Assembly: GCA_045586505.1 (NCBI GenBank)
Contig: JAZNAL010000013.1
Coordinates: 49,804-113,803 of the forward strand
Direction: 5' to 3'
From: Candidatus Flemingiibacterium sp.
Lineage (GTDB): Bacteria; Bacillota; Clostridia; Oscillospirales; CAG-272
DNA: 64,000 bases
The notes below the pieces were generated by a model. It worked only from the letters and a program-made list of their open reading frames with translations. It did not search any database and was not told the DNA's origin. The position numbers and the translations under genes were made by a program. Positions 31,648-41,900 of this stretch are shown here, piece after piece. How positions within the stretch are numbered: position 1 is the stretch's first letter; every line of letters starts with the position of its first letter.

Positions 31648-33174
31648 CTACAAAACAAAAACACCATCCACAAGGGATGGTGTTTCGTTTTGGTGAGCCA
31701 CGGTACTTTGCAGTCGAACGCCCTGCTGTAATCCGGCGTCAATCTCCATAAGTGTAATTGTTCGGTTGTCGCCAGAATAGTTAAACGTTAATACGACCTT
31801 ATCGTCATACACAAATACGGAGTTTATGAAAGTCTTTATCAAACGTTTCTGGCATTCCAAATCAGTGTAATCCATATTGGAAAACTGATGCAGAAAATAA
31901 ACGATGTGTTCTTTCTTCAGTCCTAAGTTTTCCTTCAACTTTGCAGAAGCAAGTGCCGCCTTAATTTCTGCTTTCTGTTCATCAAGCTCGTCCATTCTAT
32001 GTTTTGTCGCATCGTTAAAAATGCCTTGCTCAATGGCTCTTACTAAGTTTGAGATAGATTTTTCTACTTCAGCCAAACTCTTTTGCAGAGAATCCGTATA
32101 CGAGGTATCGGTGTTTTGTGCTATGTAATACTGATATGTGTTTTCCGCAATAAACTCTAAGAGTTCTTCGTCCTGAACAAGCTTGATTGCATATTCAAGC
32201 ACGAGATTTTCTATCCACACCTGTCGCACAGGCTTTTTATTACACAGCTTCTTTCGTTGATTATGACAGTAATAGTAGTGATGTCGGTTTCCTGTTCTGC
32301 TTGTGCCGCACACGCCTACCATCATAGCACCGCATTTGCCGCAGAAAAGCTTTTCTGTCAGCAGATACTCAACCTTTGAATTCTTGTGTGCCGCTGCTTT
32401 CTGATTGTATTTGAGCATTTCCTGCACTTTATAGAAAGTATCTTCGCTTACTATTGGCGGAACTGCATTCTCAATGCGTACCTCGTCGTTGTATGTATAA
32501 ATACCGATATACTTTTCATTTTTGAGTATGGTTCTCAAACTATTATAGGTAAACGGTGTGCCTTTTGATGTTCTGTGCCCTTTTTCATTTAAAACCTTTA
32601 TGATTTGTGAAACAGTATGACCTTTTGCATACATATCATAAATCAGCCGTACTGTCGGGGCGGTCTTTTCGTCTATAACATATTTTTTATCGTTGTCTAC
32701 TGCATATCCAAGTGGAATGTTGCCGCCGGTACATTGTGCCTTTGTTGCACTTGCTTTCATACCTCTGCGGACATTTTGTGACAACTGCTCGGAGTAATAT
32801 GCCGCCATACCTTCAATAACAGATTCAAGGATAATTCCCTCGGGTGTATCGGGTATCATTTCGGCAACATAGTAAATCTTAATCCCGTTTTTCTTAAGAT
32901 GATATTTGTTAAGGGCAATCTCTTCCTTGTTTCTTCCTATGCGGTCTGTTTTCCATACGATAAGCGCATCAAACTTATTTTTTGTCGCATCTGCAAGCAT
33001 TAGCTGAAACTGTTCGCGGTTATCGTTTCGTCCTGTCTGTGCTCTGTCAGCATATACATGTATGATTGTCAGTCCGTGTTCAGAAGCAAAGCGTTCTGCT
33101 TCGGCGACTTGACCTTCTATTGACTGCTCACCTTGTCTATGGCTCGAAAAACGGGCATAAACAACAGCGTTCAT
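31648..33174 (-). CDS. large serine recombinase (resolvase/invertase N-domain + recombinase domain + zinc ribbon)
   Basis: MNAVVYARFSSHRQGEQSIEGQ (catalytic Ser region), LIVWKTDRIGRN, a recombinase domain and CGKCGAMM...HHYYYC zinc-ribbon motifs. Confidence 0.9.
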   Translation of the reverse strand: MNAVVYARFSSHRQGEQSIEGQVAEAERFASEHGLTIIHVYADRAQTGRNDNREQFQLMLADATKNKFDALIVWKTDRIGRNKEEIALNKYHLKKNGIKIYYVAEMIPDTPEGIILESVIEGMAAYYSEQLSQNVRRGMKASATKAQCTGGNIPLGYAVDNDKKYVIDEKTAPTVRLIYDMYAKGHTVSQIIKVLNEKGHRTSKGTPFTYNSLRTILKNEKYIGIYTYNDEVRIENAVPPIVSEDTFYKVQEMLKYNQKAAAHKNSKVEYLLTEKLFCGKCGAMMVGVCGTSRTGNRHHYYYCHNQRKKLCNKKPVRQVWIENLVLEYAIKLVQDEELLEFIAENTYQYYIAQNTDTSYTDSLQKSLAEVEKSISNLVRAIEQGIFNDATKHRMDELDEQKAEIKAALASAKLKENLGLKKEHIVYFLHQFSNMDYTDLECQKRLIKTFINSVFVYDDKVVLTFNYSGDNRTITLMEIDAGLQQGVRLQSTVAHQNETPSLVDGVFVL

Positions 33175-33194
33175 CTATTCACCCCCTATGGTTA

Positions 33195-33902
33195 TTACAT
33201 AGTACCGCCATTATATATATAACATTCTTTTATAAAACTAAACACCCTGGAATTATTGCACATTTCTGATGATGTAAGTATAGTGTAAAGTATTCTTCTC
33301 ATTAGTTGGATTTCTTCATTTCCAAAACAATTATAATCATGATCGTAAGCACCATTACCAAGCTGCAAATGCACCCTGTTTCGTAACTCGCGAAGTATTT
33401 TTAGTGCTGGAAATGCATTATGATCAATAGATAATAAGTGCCTTTTTTCAATTTTTTTAATCATTGAATCCAAATCCATACGCATATTGTGTTCTGGAAC
33501 TTGTTTAAATAAGTGTGTTTCGATTTTTGTATTAATATTATTTACGATTTTTGGATTAGAAGCAATGGTAGAAACTTCTTCCCATATAGTTGTGTTCCAA
33601 TTGCCTGTACGATGTAGCAAGTTAACAAATAAAGCTTCGATTATAGACATTGATGTAATTATATAAGATTTGTATAGCATCGTAATTATTACAGTCGATA
33701 GATTTAATTCACGCAGTTGCTTTTCGATATATTCTATATATTGCATACTGTAAGCAAAATTACTTTTTAACCGTTTTGCATCATCGTCATTACCTGAAAC
33801 CTTAATAGCATTTTTATAATAATCAACCGGTTCAGGATACCATCTTTCTGCTGTTTTATTTTTTTCGTTTTGAATAAGCGTAATAAAGGGTAATTCTGGC
33901 AT
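33195..33902 (-). CDS. hypothetical protein, possible HEPN-type (Abi-like) domain
   Basis: AT-rich 235-aa ORF. The C-terminal LKILRELRNRVHLQ fits the HEPN Rx4-6H pattern. It is co-oriented downstream of the XRE gene. Confidence 0.35.
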   Translation of the reverse strand: MPELPFITLIQNEKNKTAERWYPEPVDYYKNAIKVSGNDDDAKRLKSNFAYSMQYIEYIEKQLRELNLSTVIITMLYKSYIITSMSIIEALFVNLLHRTGNWNTTIWEEVSTIASNPKIVNNINTKIETHLFKQVPEHNMRMDLDSMIKKIEKRHLLSIDHNAFPALKILRELRNRVHLQLGNGAYDHDYNCFGNEEIQLMRRILYTILTSSEMCNNSRVFSFIKECYIYNGGTM

Positions 33903-33965
33903 CGTTATATTTCACCTCATATTTTGCATTGTAATCATCTTAAAAACTGCAACTAAATTTTGTTA

Positions 33966-34589
33966 TTACTCCGTAAGTGTTTCCAAATTCAGAGCAAGTC
34001 TTGCAGTGTTTCTGTCTTTTAGACTTGCCTTGTCATACGCTCTTGCAATCTCATATGCACCGGCGGATATTTCGCTTGGTACATACACTTTCCCGCCTGT
34101 CCACACCTCAAGAGGAACATTGAGTGCTTCGGATAACTTCAGCGCAATAGGCAGAGGCGCATCTTTCATGCGGCGTACAATAATGGAGCGTACCTGTCTG
34201 TCGGTAAGTCCTGTAATTCTTACAATATCGGGAATATTTAATCCTATTTCTTCTGTCACATCAATAAATATTTTATAAAAAGGCTTACCTTGCAGCTTCC
34301 CGCACAACTCGTCATAGACCGCTTCTGCTTCATTATCGCCTAAAAGATAGTCCACAGATACCTTTAATTTTTCCGCATACTTGCGTACCTGATCTATTTT
34401 GGGAGAGCGCTGTTCAAGTTCATAGCGGCTTAGTATTTGTTTCGATGAACCAAGCAGTTTGGCAAACTCATCCTGCGTAAGGCCCATTTCCTTGCGTATC
34501 TCCCTCAATCTCTCACCAAAAGAAGTAAAATGTATATCGACTTCGGGCAGGCTTTCTATTAAAGCCTGTTCTTTTTTATTGTCTTTCAT
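33966..34589 (-). CDS. XRE-family HTH transcriptional regulator (phage-repressor-like)
   Basis: LREIRKEMGLTQDEFAKLLGSSKQILSRYELEQRSP is a classic HTH_3 motif. It is divergent from a + strand module. Confidence 0.85.
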   Translation of the reverse strand: MKDNKKEQALIESLPEVDIHFTSFGERLREIRKEMGLTQDEFAKLLGSSKQILSRYELEQRSPKIDQVRKYAEKLKVSVDYLLGDNEAEAVYDELCGKLQGKPFYKIFIDVTEEIGLNIPDIVRITGLTDRQVRSIIVRRMKDAPLPIALKLSEALNVPLEVWTGGKVYVPSEISAGAYEIARAYDKASLKDRNTARLALNLETLTE

Positions 34590-34814
34590 ATAAGATAGCT
34601 CCTTTTTTGTAATCTACACACATATTATAGCACATAAAATCAACATTGTCAATATATTTTATTTATATATACAAAATTATCTCCAAACGGTTGACAAACG
34701 GGGCGTTTTGATGTAAAATATAATCAAAGTCAACCGAATGGTGACAAATAGAGCAAAATGGAGGTGATTAAACCTATCCTCTCAGTTCGGATTATTCCGA
34801 AAACCATTCCGAGT

Positions 34815-34973
34815 ATGGAAAAGAAATTACTGTGTGCCACAGTTCTTGATGCAGTCATACGTTTTTACGAGAATCCCGAAAACGAATCAGCATTTGAGAA
34901 GTGGTACGCAGAGAAAGGAGAAAACATATATGGACAAGAGAACAGCGGACATGCTTCGAGAAAAATACCCTAA
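34815..34973 (+). CDS. small hypothetical protein (uncertain)
   Basis: The ORF contains RFYENPENESAFEKWYAEKGE. It overlaps the next, better-supported ORF by 44 nt in another frame. Confidence 0.25.
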   Translation: MEKKLLCATVLDAVIRFYENPENESAFEKWYAEKGENIYGQENSGHASRKIP

Positions 34974-35160
34974 TCATATCCCTCTTAAGGTAGCATCGCA
35001 ATTCCTCGGCGTATCACCCCGACAGTTATCGATGCTTATTGCGGATAACCGCGAACCCTTTGCATCAATCGGTGCCAATATTGGAACCAGACAGAAGTAC
35101 GCCAGAATCTACACCGAAAGAATGATTGCCTATCTGAACGGTGAACTTCCGAATATTTAA
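34930..35160 (+). CDS. small HTH protein (excisionase/regulator-like)
   Basis: AAAGGAGA RBS 7 nt upstream of the ATG at 34930. The HTH-like segment is VASQFLGVSPRQLSMLIADN. Confidence 0.5.
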   Translation: MDKRTADMLREKYPNHIPLKVASQFLGVSPRQLSMLIADNREPFASIGANIGTRQKYARIYTERMIAYLNGELPNI

Positions 35161-35285
35161 GTGAGAAAGGCTCTTACTTGTATTGGAGGGTGGTTAGCTT
35201 CCTTGAAGGCAAAAAATAATTGTCAGGTGATATGACTGCACTTTTTGCTTTTCATATCACCTGATTTTTTCATATGGAGGTTATT

Positions 35286-36350
35286 ATGAAACTTCACGAC
35301 AACCAGTTATATCTTATACGGCACCTTATTCGTTTTCATTATCTTGATTATGAAAGCTGTCTTGACATACTTGATACCCAAAACACTCATGACAGAATTG
35401 CACTTTCCTATGTGTTCCGTCCGCTTACTAAAAATAGGTACATATCAAAGAATAAAGATGGCATTGTATCCGTACTGAAAAGAGGCAAGGCTTTATTTCC
35501 AAATGAAAAGCCGCTCGTATCCTCGGGTGGTGAAAAACAGCGTATTATTCAAGTGTCAAGGATGGTATCACTTTTGGAGCGAAACGGGATTACCATCACA
35601 GACACCATCCCGAACAGTCAAAATCCTCATTTCATTCCATCTGCTTGTTGGCGAGACATTGCTCCCGGAATACTTTCTACTACACGTTTTGTCGGAATGC
35701 TGTTGGCATACGGCAAGAAGTATGCTGTTTACGATATTGGTGACGGCAGTGTTGAATGGCAAGTTCGCGCGGAAAGTTCACTCTTTTACACAAAATACGG
35801 TTTGTATGAAACAAAGGCAGACGGAATGATACTTGTTTGTGATGATGACAAAAGAGAGGCTATCGCAACAAACATAATCCGTCAGACTATGTGGCATAGA
35901 AAAAGCCTGATGAATGAGAACTATACCGAGCGTGAAAGGCCGGTCCGTTTTTCAAGATCTCCGATAAAACTGCGAACACAATACGAGCACGTTTATCTTA
36001 CAACGCCGTCAACACTGAAAACATCATTATACCGCATATATACTGAAGATTCGGTGATTCAAGGTGTTATGGAAAATGGAGCAAAAACAAACGATCCGAA
36101 ATCAGGAGATTTTGAAATTTGGCCAAGCCGCTACTATGTAAATCCAGCATTTGACCTATTGAAACTGGTATATTTTTTCTCGGCTGTAAAACTGCATGTT
36201 GAAATGGATAAGGAAAGTTATGCTGTTTCAGAACTCACATATGCAATAGTGATGTACAAAAAGGATTTGTCCATCATTAAAATGTACCCGGATGTACTGC
36301 ATTCAGAAAGGGTGGTGCTTTATGAACTTGAATCTGATGAAGACTCTTAA
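35286..36350 (+). CDS. hypothetical protein with N-terminal winged-helix-like region (possibly replication-relaxation-like)
   Basis: GGAGG RBS. LYLIRHLIRFHYLDYESCLDIL resembles the N-termini of replication-relaxation family proteins. Weak assignment. Confidence 0.3.
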   Translation: MKLHDNQLYLIRHLIRFHYLDYESCLDILDTQNTHDRIALSYVFRPLTKNRYISKNKDGIVSVLKRGKALFPNEKPLVSSGGEKQRIIQVSRMVSLLERNGITITDTIPNSQNPHFIPSACWRDIAPGILSTTRFVGMLLAYGKKYAVYDIGDGSVEWQVRAESSLFYTKYGLYETKADGMILVCDDDKREAIATNIIRQTMWHRKSLMNENYTERERPVRFSRSPIKLRTQYEHVYLTTPSTLKTSLYRIYTEDSVIQGVMENGAKTNDPKSGDFEIWPSRYYVNPAFDLLKLVYFFSAVKLHVEMDKESYAVSELTYAIVMYKKDLSIIKMYPDVLHSERVVLYELESDEDS

Positions 36351-36924
36351 AAATATTGAGAAGAAGATTGCTGGTGACCGTATCCCCAAAATCGAAGAAT
36401 TGGAGAAAGCATACGAATACACACTGCGTTTGCGGAGTCAATTGATTTCGGTGATATATGATATCAGGCAGTATGTTGACACCGATAATCCAAAGGAAAA
36501 TATATCGGCAAAAGCATGCGGATATCATGCTGACAAAAAGGCAGTAGTATTAACGATCAGAGAGCCATTGCCGGCGATCAAAGAATTTACGGCTTCGGTG
36601 GAGGAACACTGGATAGAGATGATACACGGTGCTATTGCAGAGGCAAGCAAAGACGGTCTCCCAAATTTCGAAAAGGCGTTTGTCATGATTGAAATCACAA
36701 CCTCGAGGGGGACTGCTAATCATCAGGTGTGGGATACTTCGAACCGCGCTATCAACGTTATCATCAACAATCTCAAAGGCATATTCTTTAGAGATGATGA
36801 TTTCGAGCATATGGCTTTCGGTATTGCCGCAAAGTGGGGCGAAAATGCCAAGACGGTTATTAAAATCTGTGAATTTGACGAACGATTCAAAGCAAATCTT
36901 GATATCTTTTTCGAGGATCCATGA
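36322..36924 (+). CDS. hypothetical protein (weak RusA-like pattern)
   Basis: Start overlaps the previous stop. WDTSNRAINVIINNLKGIFFRDDD loosely resembles the RusA D.DN..K...D motif. Confidence 0.25.
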   Translation: MNLNLMKTLKNIEKKIAGDRIPKIEELEKAYEYTLRLRSQLISVIYDIRQYVDTDNPKENISAKACGYHADKKAVVLTIREPLPAIKEFTASVEEHWIEMIHGAIAEASKDGLPNFEKAFVMIEITTSRGTANHQVWDTSNRAINVIINNLKGIFFRDDDFEHMAFGIAAKWGENAKTVIKICEFDERFKANLDIFFEDP

Positions 36925-37106
36925 TACTTCTGAAATTACCATGGAGAAAAGATATGTAAGTTTGGAAACACGATGTAAAATGCCATGTAAAACCCGCATT
37001 GGCTCTGATAGGCGAAACTGTATGGCTGTCAGACCGTATCAAATTCAGAGAGGTTCAGAGAGGGGATTTCGCGCGAGCGTAATCCTCTCTCTGAACAAGC
37101 GGAAAT

Positions 37107-37156
37107 AAGCCCAACCTGAACTTGCCTTTTTCGCAGGCTTTGGTTGGGCTTTTTAA
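37107..37156 (+). terminator. intrinsic terminator
   Basis: Hairpin AAGCCCAACC/GGTTGGGCTT followed by T5. Confidence 0.65.
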
Positions 37157-37268
37157 AAACAACAGGACTTATGTAAATCATTGACGACTCATCCCTGCAA
37201 AAGTATGACATTGTTACGATGTGGTAAAATATATACACAGCATAATGAAACAGAGGAGTTGTCAAGTT

Positions 37269-38108
37269 ATGAAAAAAATCACTGATAAACTTATACAAAA
37301 CTTTAAAAATCACCTTATTAATGAAGAGAAAAGCAGTGCTACTATTGAGAAATATATCCGAGATATTTCCGCTTTTCTGGGGTGGCTTCACGGAAGAACT
37401 GTTGATAAAGCGACCGTTCTTGCATACAAAGCATATTTGGTAGAGCGTTACAAGCCGGCAAGCGTTAACTCGGTTATATCGTCCCTGAACAGTTTCTTTT
37501 CTTTTGGCGAATGGTACGATTGCAAGGTAAAATCTCTAAAAATACAAAAACAGATTTTTGCTTCAAAGGAAACCGAACTAACCAAGACAGAGTACGAGCG
37601 ACTGCTTGACGCAGCAAGGTCAAAGAAAAACGAGCGGCTGTTTCTGCTGATGCAGACAATCTGCTCGACCGGAATCCGCGTGTCGGAGCTGCGTTTTATC
37701 GATATAAACGCTGTAAACACAGGAGTTGCTAATATCAATTGCAAGGGCAAACTCCGTCAAGTGTTTTTGCCGAAAGTTCTTCGTAAGATGCTTACAAGGT
37801 ATGCAAAAGAGCAAAATATAAAAAGCGGTCCCGTGTTCGTATCGCGAACAGGTAAACCGCTTGATAGATCGAATATTTGGTCTGATATGAAAAAACTCTG
37901 CGAATCCGCAGGAGTATCAAAGGATAAGGTCTTTCCGCATAATCTTCGCCATCTTTTTGCACGCACTTACTATTCGCTCCAAAAAGATATTGTTCGTCTT
38001 GCAGATATACTCGGACATTCAAGCGTGAATACCACAAGAATCTATACAATGGAGACAGGAGAGGTGCACAAGAAGCATATCGAGAAATTAGGGTTGCTCA
38101 AATGCTGA
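37269..38108 (+). CDS. tyrosine site-specific recombinase (XerC/D-like; candidate invertase)
   Basis: N-terminal SAM-like domain (ATIEKYIRDISAFLGWL). Catalytic residues in GIRVSELRFI (R), HNLRHLFA (HxxR) and LGHSSVNTTRIY (H..Y). The stop lies 5 nt before inverted repeat IR-L. Confidence 0.9.
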   Translation: MKKITDKLIQNFKNHLINEEKSSATIEKYIRDISAFLGWLHGRTVDKATVLAYKAYLVERYKPASVNSVISSLNSFFSFGEWYDCKVKSLKIQKQIFASKETELTKTEYERLLDAARSKKNERLFLLMQTICSTGIRVSELRFIDINAVNTGVANINCKGKLRQVFLPKVLRKMLTRYAKEQNIKSGPVFVSRTGKPLDRSNIWSDMKKLCESAGVSKDKVFPHNLRHLFARTYYSLQKDIVRLADILGHSSVNTTRIYTMETGEVHKKHIEKLGLLKC

Positions 38109-38112
38109 AATA

Positions 38113-38134
38113 ACATAATCACTATTATGTGGTA
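38113..38134. repeat. left inverted repeat (IR-L) of invertible DNA segment
   Basis: ACATAATCACTATTATGTGGTA is the perfect reverse complement of 38358-38379. Confidence 0.9.
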
Positions 38135-38177
38135 AAAGTATTTGATATGGAATAATCCACCCCAATTACACCCATTT

Positions 38178-38206
38178 ATTATATCATAAATCGGGGTATA
38201 AGTCAA
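38178..38206 (-). promoter_or_regulatory. consensus promoter inside the invertible segment, currently pointing away from the surface-protein operon
   Basis: Minus strand TTGACT (rc 38206-38201), a 17-nt spacer, then TATAAT (rc 38183-38178). Confidence 0.7.
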
Positions 38207-38357
38207 TGATTTACATAAAAAATATAAATACTTTTTGAATTTAGGCATAACAAAGCCGACCAATGTAATTTTTGTTTTTTGCATTGGTCTTTTTGTGCTG
38301 CAATGATTACTATGAGTTTAATTTTTTAGAATGGCGTGAATTTACATGAGTTTTTTC

Positions 38358-38379
38358 TACCACATAATAGTGATTATGT
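38358..38379. repeat. right inverted repeat (IR-R) of invertible DNA segment
   Basis: TACCACATAATAGTGATTATGT is the perfect reverse complement of 38113-38134. The two repeats are 223 bp apart. Confidence 0.9.
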
Positions 38380-38397
38380 CATAGAGAGGATGAGTAT

Positions 38398-38949
38398 ATG
38401 AGCAAGGACGAATATATGATGATACGGGAAGAAATGATGTTTAACCAAAAACGTCAGGACAGTATTACGCAGTTTACATATACGACTGCAGTTGCGATAT
38501 GGGCGGCTGCACTAACCGTAAACAATGCGTGGATTGTTTACTCATCATTGTTTGTAACATTACTAATGGCATTAAGAATATCTGATTGCAGGAGAGCAAT
38601 TTCTTTTTTAGCCGGGTATATGAAAGTAATGTTAGAACCAAATATTGAATTTGAGTGGGAAACAATGAGTTGTAAGTACTATGAAACACATAGGAGAACC
38701 GCAATGGAATGGCTCTTATATGTGGGCTCAAAGTTTGATTTTGCAATTCTTAGTATCGTAAGTTCAATATTGTTTTGGGGACTTAGAGATTGGACTTTTA
38801 TAGTGCATGACTCTTTGATTTTGGCTTATGTGGTTTTAATTGTTCAAATTTTTATTGTAGCATTTGAAATTCTTCTTTATTTCAAATATTCAAGTGTTGC
38901 ATCAATGAAAAATAAATTTATTAGCAATTGGGAGGTTGTATTGAAATGA
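38398..38949 (+). CDS. hypothetical polytopic membrane protein
   Basis: GAGAGGA RBS. 183 aa with about 4-5 hydrophobic helices. It is the first gene after IR-R. Confidence 0.6.
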   Translation: MSKDEYMMIREEMMFNQKRQDSITQFTYTTAVAIWAAALTVNNAWIVYSSLFVTLLMALRISDCRRAISFLAGYMKVMLEPNIEFEWETMSCKYYETHRRTAMEWLLYVGSKFDFAILSIVSSILFWGLRDWTFIVHDSLILAYVVLIVQIFIVAFEILLYFKYSSVASMKNKFISNWEVVLK

Positions 38950-41900
38950 TGAAAAAAGATTTAATAATCCAAAAGACAGCACCTTGTAAAGCAGGTAAGA
39001 GAGTATTATCTGCGATTATGGCATTGGCAATGCTATGCACAATGATGTGCGGAATAACCGTTCCTGTAACGGCAACAAGCTATGAATTACTCAATCCTAT
39101 TACGGGAACTGTACAAGGTGCTGGTTATGACGAAACCGCGGGACATTACGGCATCGATTTGTATCCGTACAATTACGGTGATCCAGTATATGCAGTTGCA
39201 TCGGGAACAATTATGTATTCTTGTCCGAGAAATCACACGAAAGAATATCAATCCGGTGACGATTGCTGTACCGTAAAGATTATTCTTGACGAACCGATTA
39301 CATACAACGGCACAACATATGTGTGTGCATTCTATACACATATGTCCGCGCTTGTATATGACATTTACTGCGGTTACAAGGCAGCATGTGTAGAGGAATA
39401 TAACGCAGGGTTGCGTACAGATGCACTTCCTACCGAATCCGTTCACGTAGAAGCAGGCGACCTTATTGGATATGTCGGAAAAGGCAACGGTGCGACACAT
39501 CTTCATTTTTCCTTTGAAGCATCCGAGGCCGATGGATACGCTATGATGCCGAATAGTGAGTATTATGACGTATTCGAGTGGTGCTATAATGATAGTATTA
39601 CTGCTGGCGGCACGACAAGTGTATCGAACAATGTTGCTTCTGCATACTCAACGGGTATGACATTGACTCAGCTTCAAGCCAAATTCCCAGAGGGGAAATA
39701 TTGGAATGGAGGAAATGCTGATGGTTATACTTCCTATGCATGTACATGTCATGGTCAAGGAATATGTATTGCAGGAACGTCTCCATGCACTTGTAATCAC
39801 TTTCAAGGTGGTACGCAATGCAATGGATTCGCAAGGAAATTAGCGTATGATGCTTATGGTTCGCATTTGAGCACCTGGCAAACAACATCATCATCTAGTT
39901 ACGTGGATTCGCTCAAACCGGGAGATGTAGTATATAACGATTCGCCACACTGGTTTATGGTTATTTCGGTTAGCTCGGATTCGGTTACTGTAGGTGAATG
40001 CAACTGGGGAAGCAGATGTGTAATTAAATGGAGTAGAACAGTAAAAAAATCAACGATAAAAGGGTATGATGGATTAAATATTTTTATTGCTCCTTATTCA
40101 TTGACTAGTGGTTCTTCAACAAGTGTTCATACACATACATATTCCATAACTGAATATGAAGCAGCACATCCTCATAAGGCATATATTAAGTGCTCCTGTG
40201 GGGAGTTTGGTGGCTATACAGGAGCAACAAAGTATGTGTCTAGTTGTTCATCTTGTAGCGATACTTGCACTTGCTCCTCAAGTTACGCAGGAACATATAC
40301 ATGCATTACTACCAATTATCCTCTGACAATTCGTTCAGGACATGGAACAAGCTATGATGCAATTGGATCTATTCCTTCAGGTGCGTCAGTTACCGTTACA
40401 AGAGCTAACGGAAGTTGGGCTCACGTTACATATAATGGTGTAAGTGGATATGCTTCAATGGAATATTTGGCAAAGCCATATTCTACTTCAAGTGCATATC
40501 CTGTACCTTTTAAATGTTATACACTTTCTGATGACAATCATGCAGCAGACGCATTTGATGCTCCAAATGGTAATCATATTGGATATATTTACGGAACGGA
40601 TTATTGTACTGTAAAGGAGATATACTCAAACGGTTGGTGCTTGGTAAACGTACCGTGGGATAGCGGAACTAAGGATGTGTATACATATACGGGAAACTTT
40701 TTTAATACCTCTTTTACTCCTGTTATAGATGTTGTAGAATCATCGGGAAACACCTATATACGATACAATACATCAACTAGATTGGGAAATGTTGATGCTG
40801 GTGATAAAGTAACAATTGTAGATAGGTATGGGGTTCAAGTTCAGGCGATATATCCACACACCGATGGAACGTATCGCTGTGCTTGGATAAACGCATATCA
40901 TTTTGATCATACGCATACTCCAGGTGCTGCAGCGACTTGTACATCTCCACAAGTGTGTACAACTTGTGATGCGATAATCGCTGGTGTTACAAGCCACACA
41001 CCCGGTGCTGCTGCAACCTGTACTTCTAACCAAACTTGCACAGTTTGCGGAGTGATTTTGAATACGCAGACTGCACATACCCCCGGTGCTGCAGCCACTT
41101 GTACGACTGTTCAAAAGTGTACGGTTTGTGGAATTATACTTGCAGGAACTATAGAACATAGTTACACTGCTGGCGACTACACTGATCCTACCCATCCGCA
41201 TACTATTTACAATACTTGTGATTGTGGAGCAATGTCTGATTCGGGCTATTATGCGAAAGTTTTAAGTTGCACTGAATGTTATCCTACCCCTACAATATCG
41301 GGTATCACATACAGCCCGTCAACCGTAAAGGTGGGTGATACAGTAACATTTACTTTGAATGCTACCGGAGGTACAGAACACTGTATTTGTATCGGCGATG
41401 GAACCGATGAAATATTCAAGTCGCTGACAAGCTCTTGTACATATCAATTCACAAAAGCCGGTACCTATTACATTTACGGATGGGTAAGAAACGCAAGCGG
41501 AACAAAATATCCCGATACTGTTACCCTTGTTGTTGAAGATAATATTGTATCCGTAAACAGTGTATCTCTGAATAAGACAAGTGCAACCATTGATGTAGGC
41601 GATACACTGAACCTGACAGCGACTGTAGCCCCTTCAAATGCAACGAATAAGAATATTACTTGGAATTCCTCTAACACGAGCATCGCTTCTGTTTCAAACG
41701 GTGTTGTTACAGCAAAGTCGGCAGGAACTACAACGATAACCGCAACAACAGTGGATGCTTCAAAGACTGCTACCTGCATAGTCATCGTATCTGCACCGGA
41801 AGAACCGATAAATCCAAATGCCGCAGCAATAGTAGTAAATGATATTACTACAAGAGCAGGCGAAACATTTGATGTAACAGTAGATGTAGCAAATAATCCC

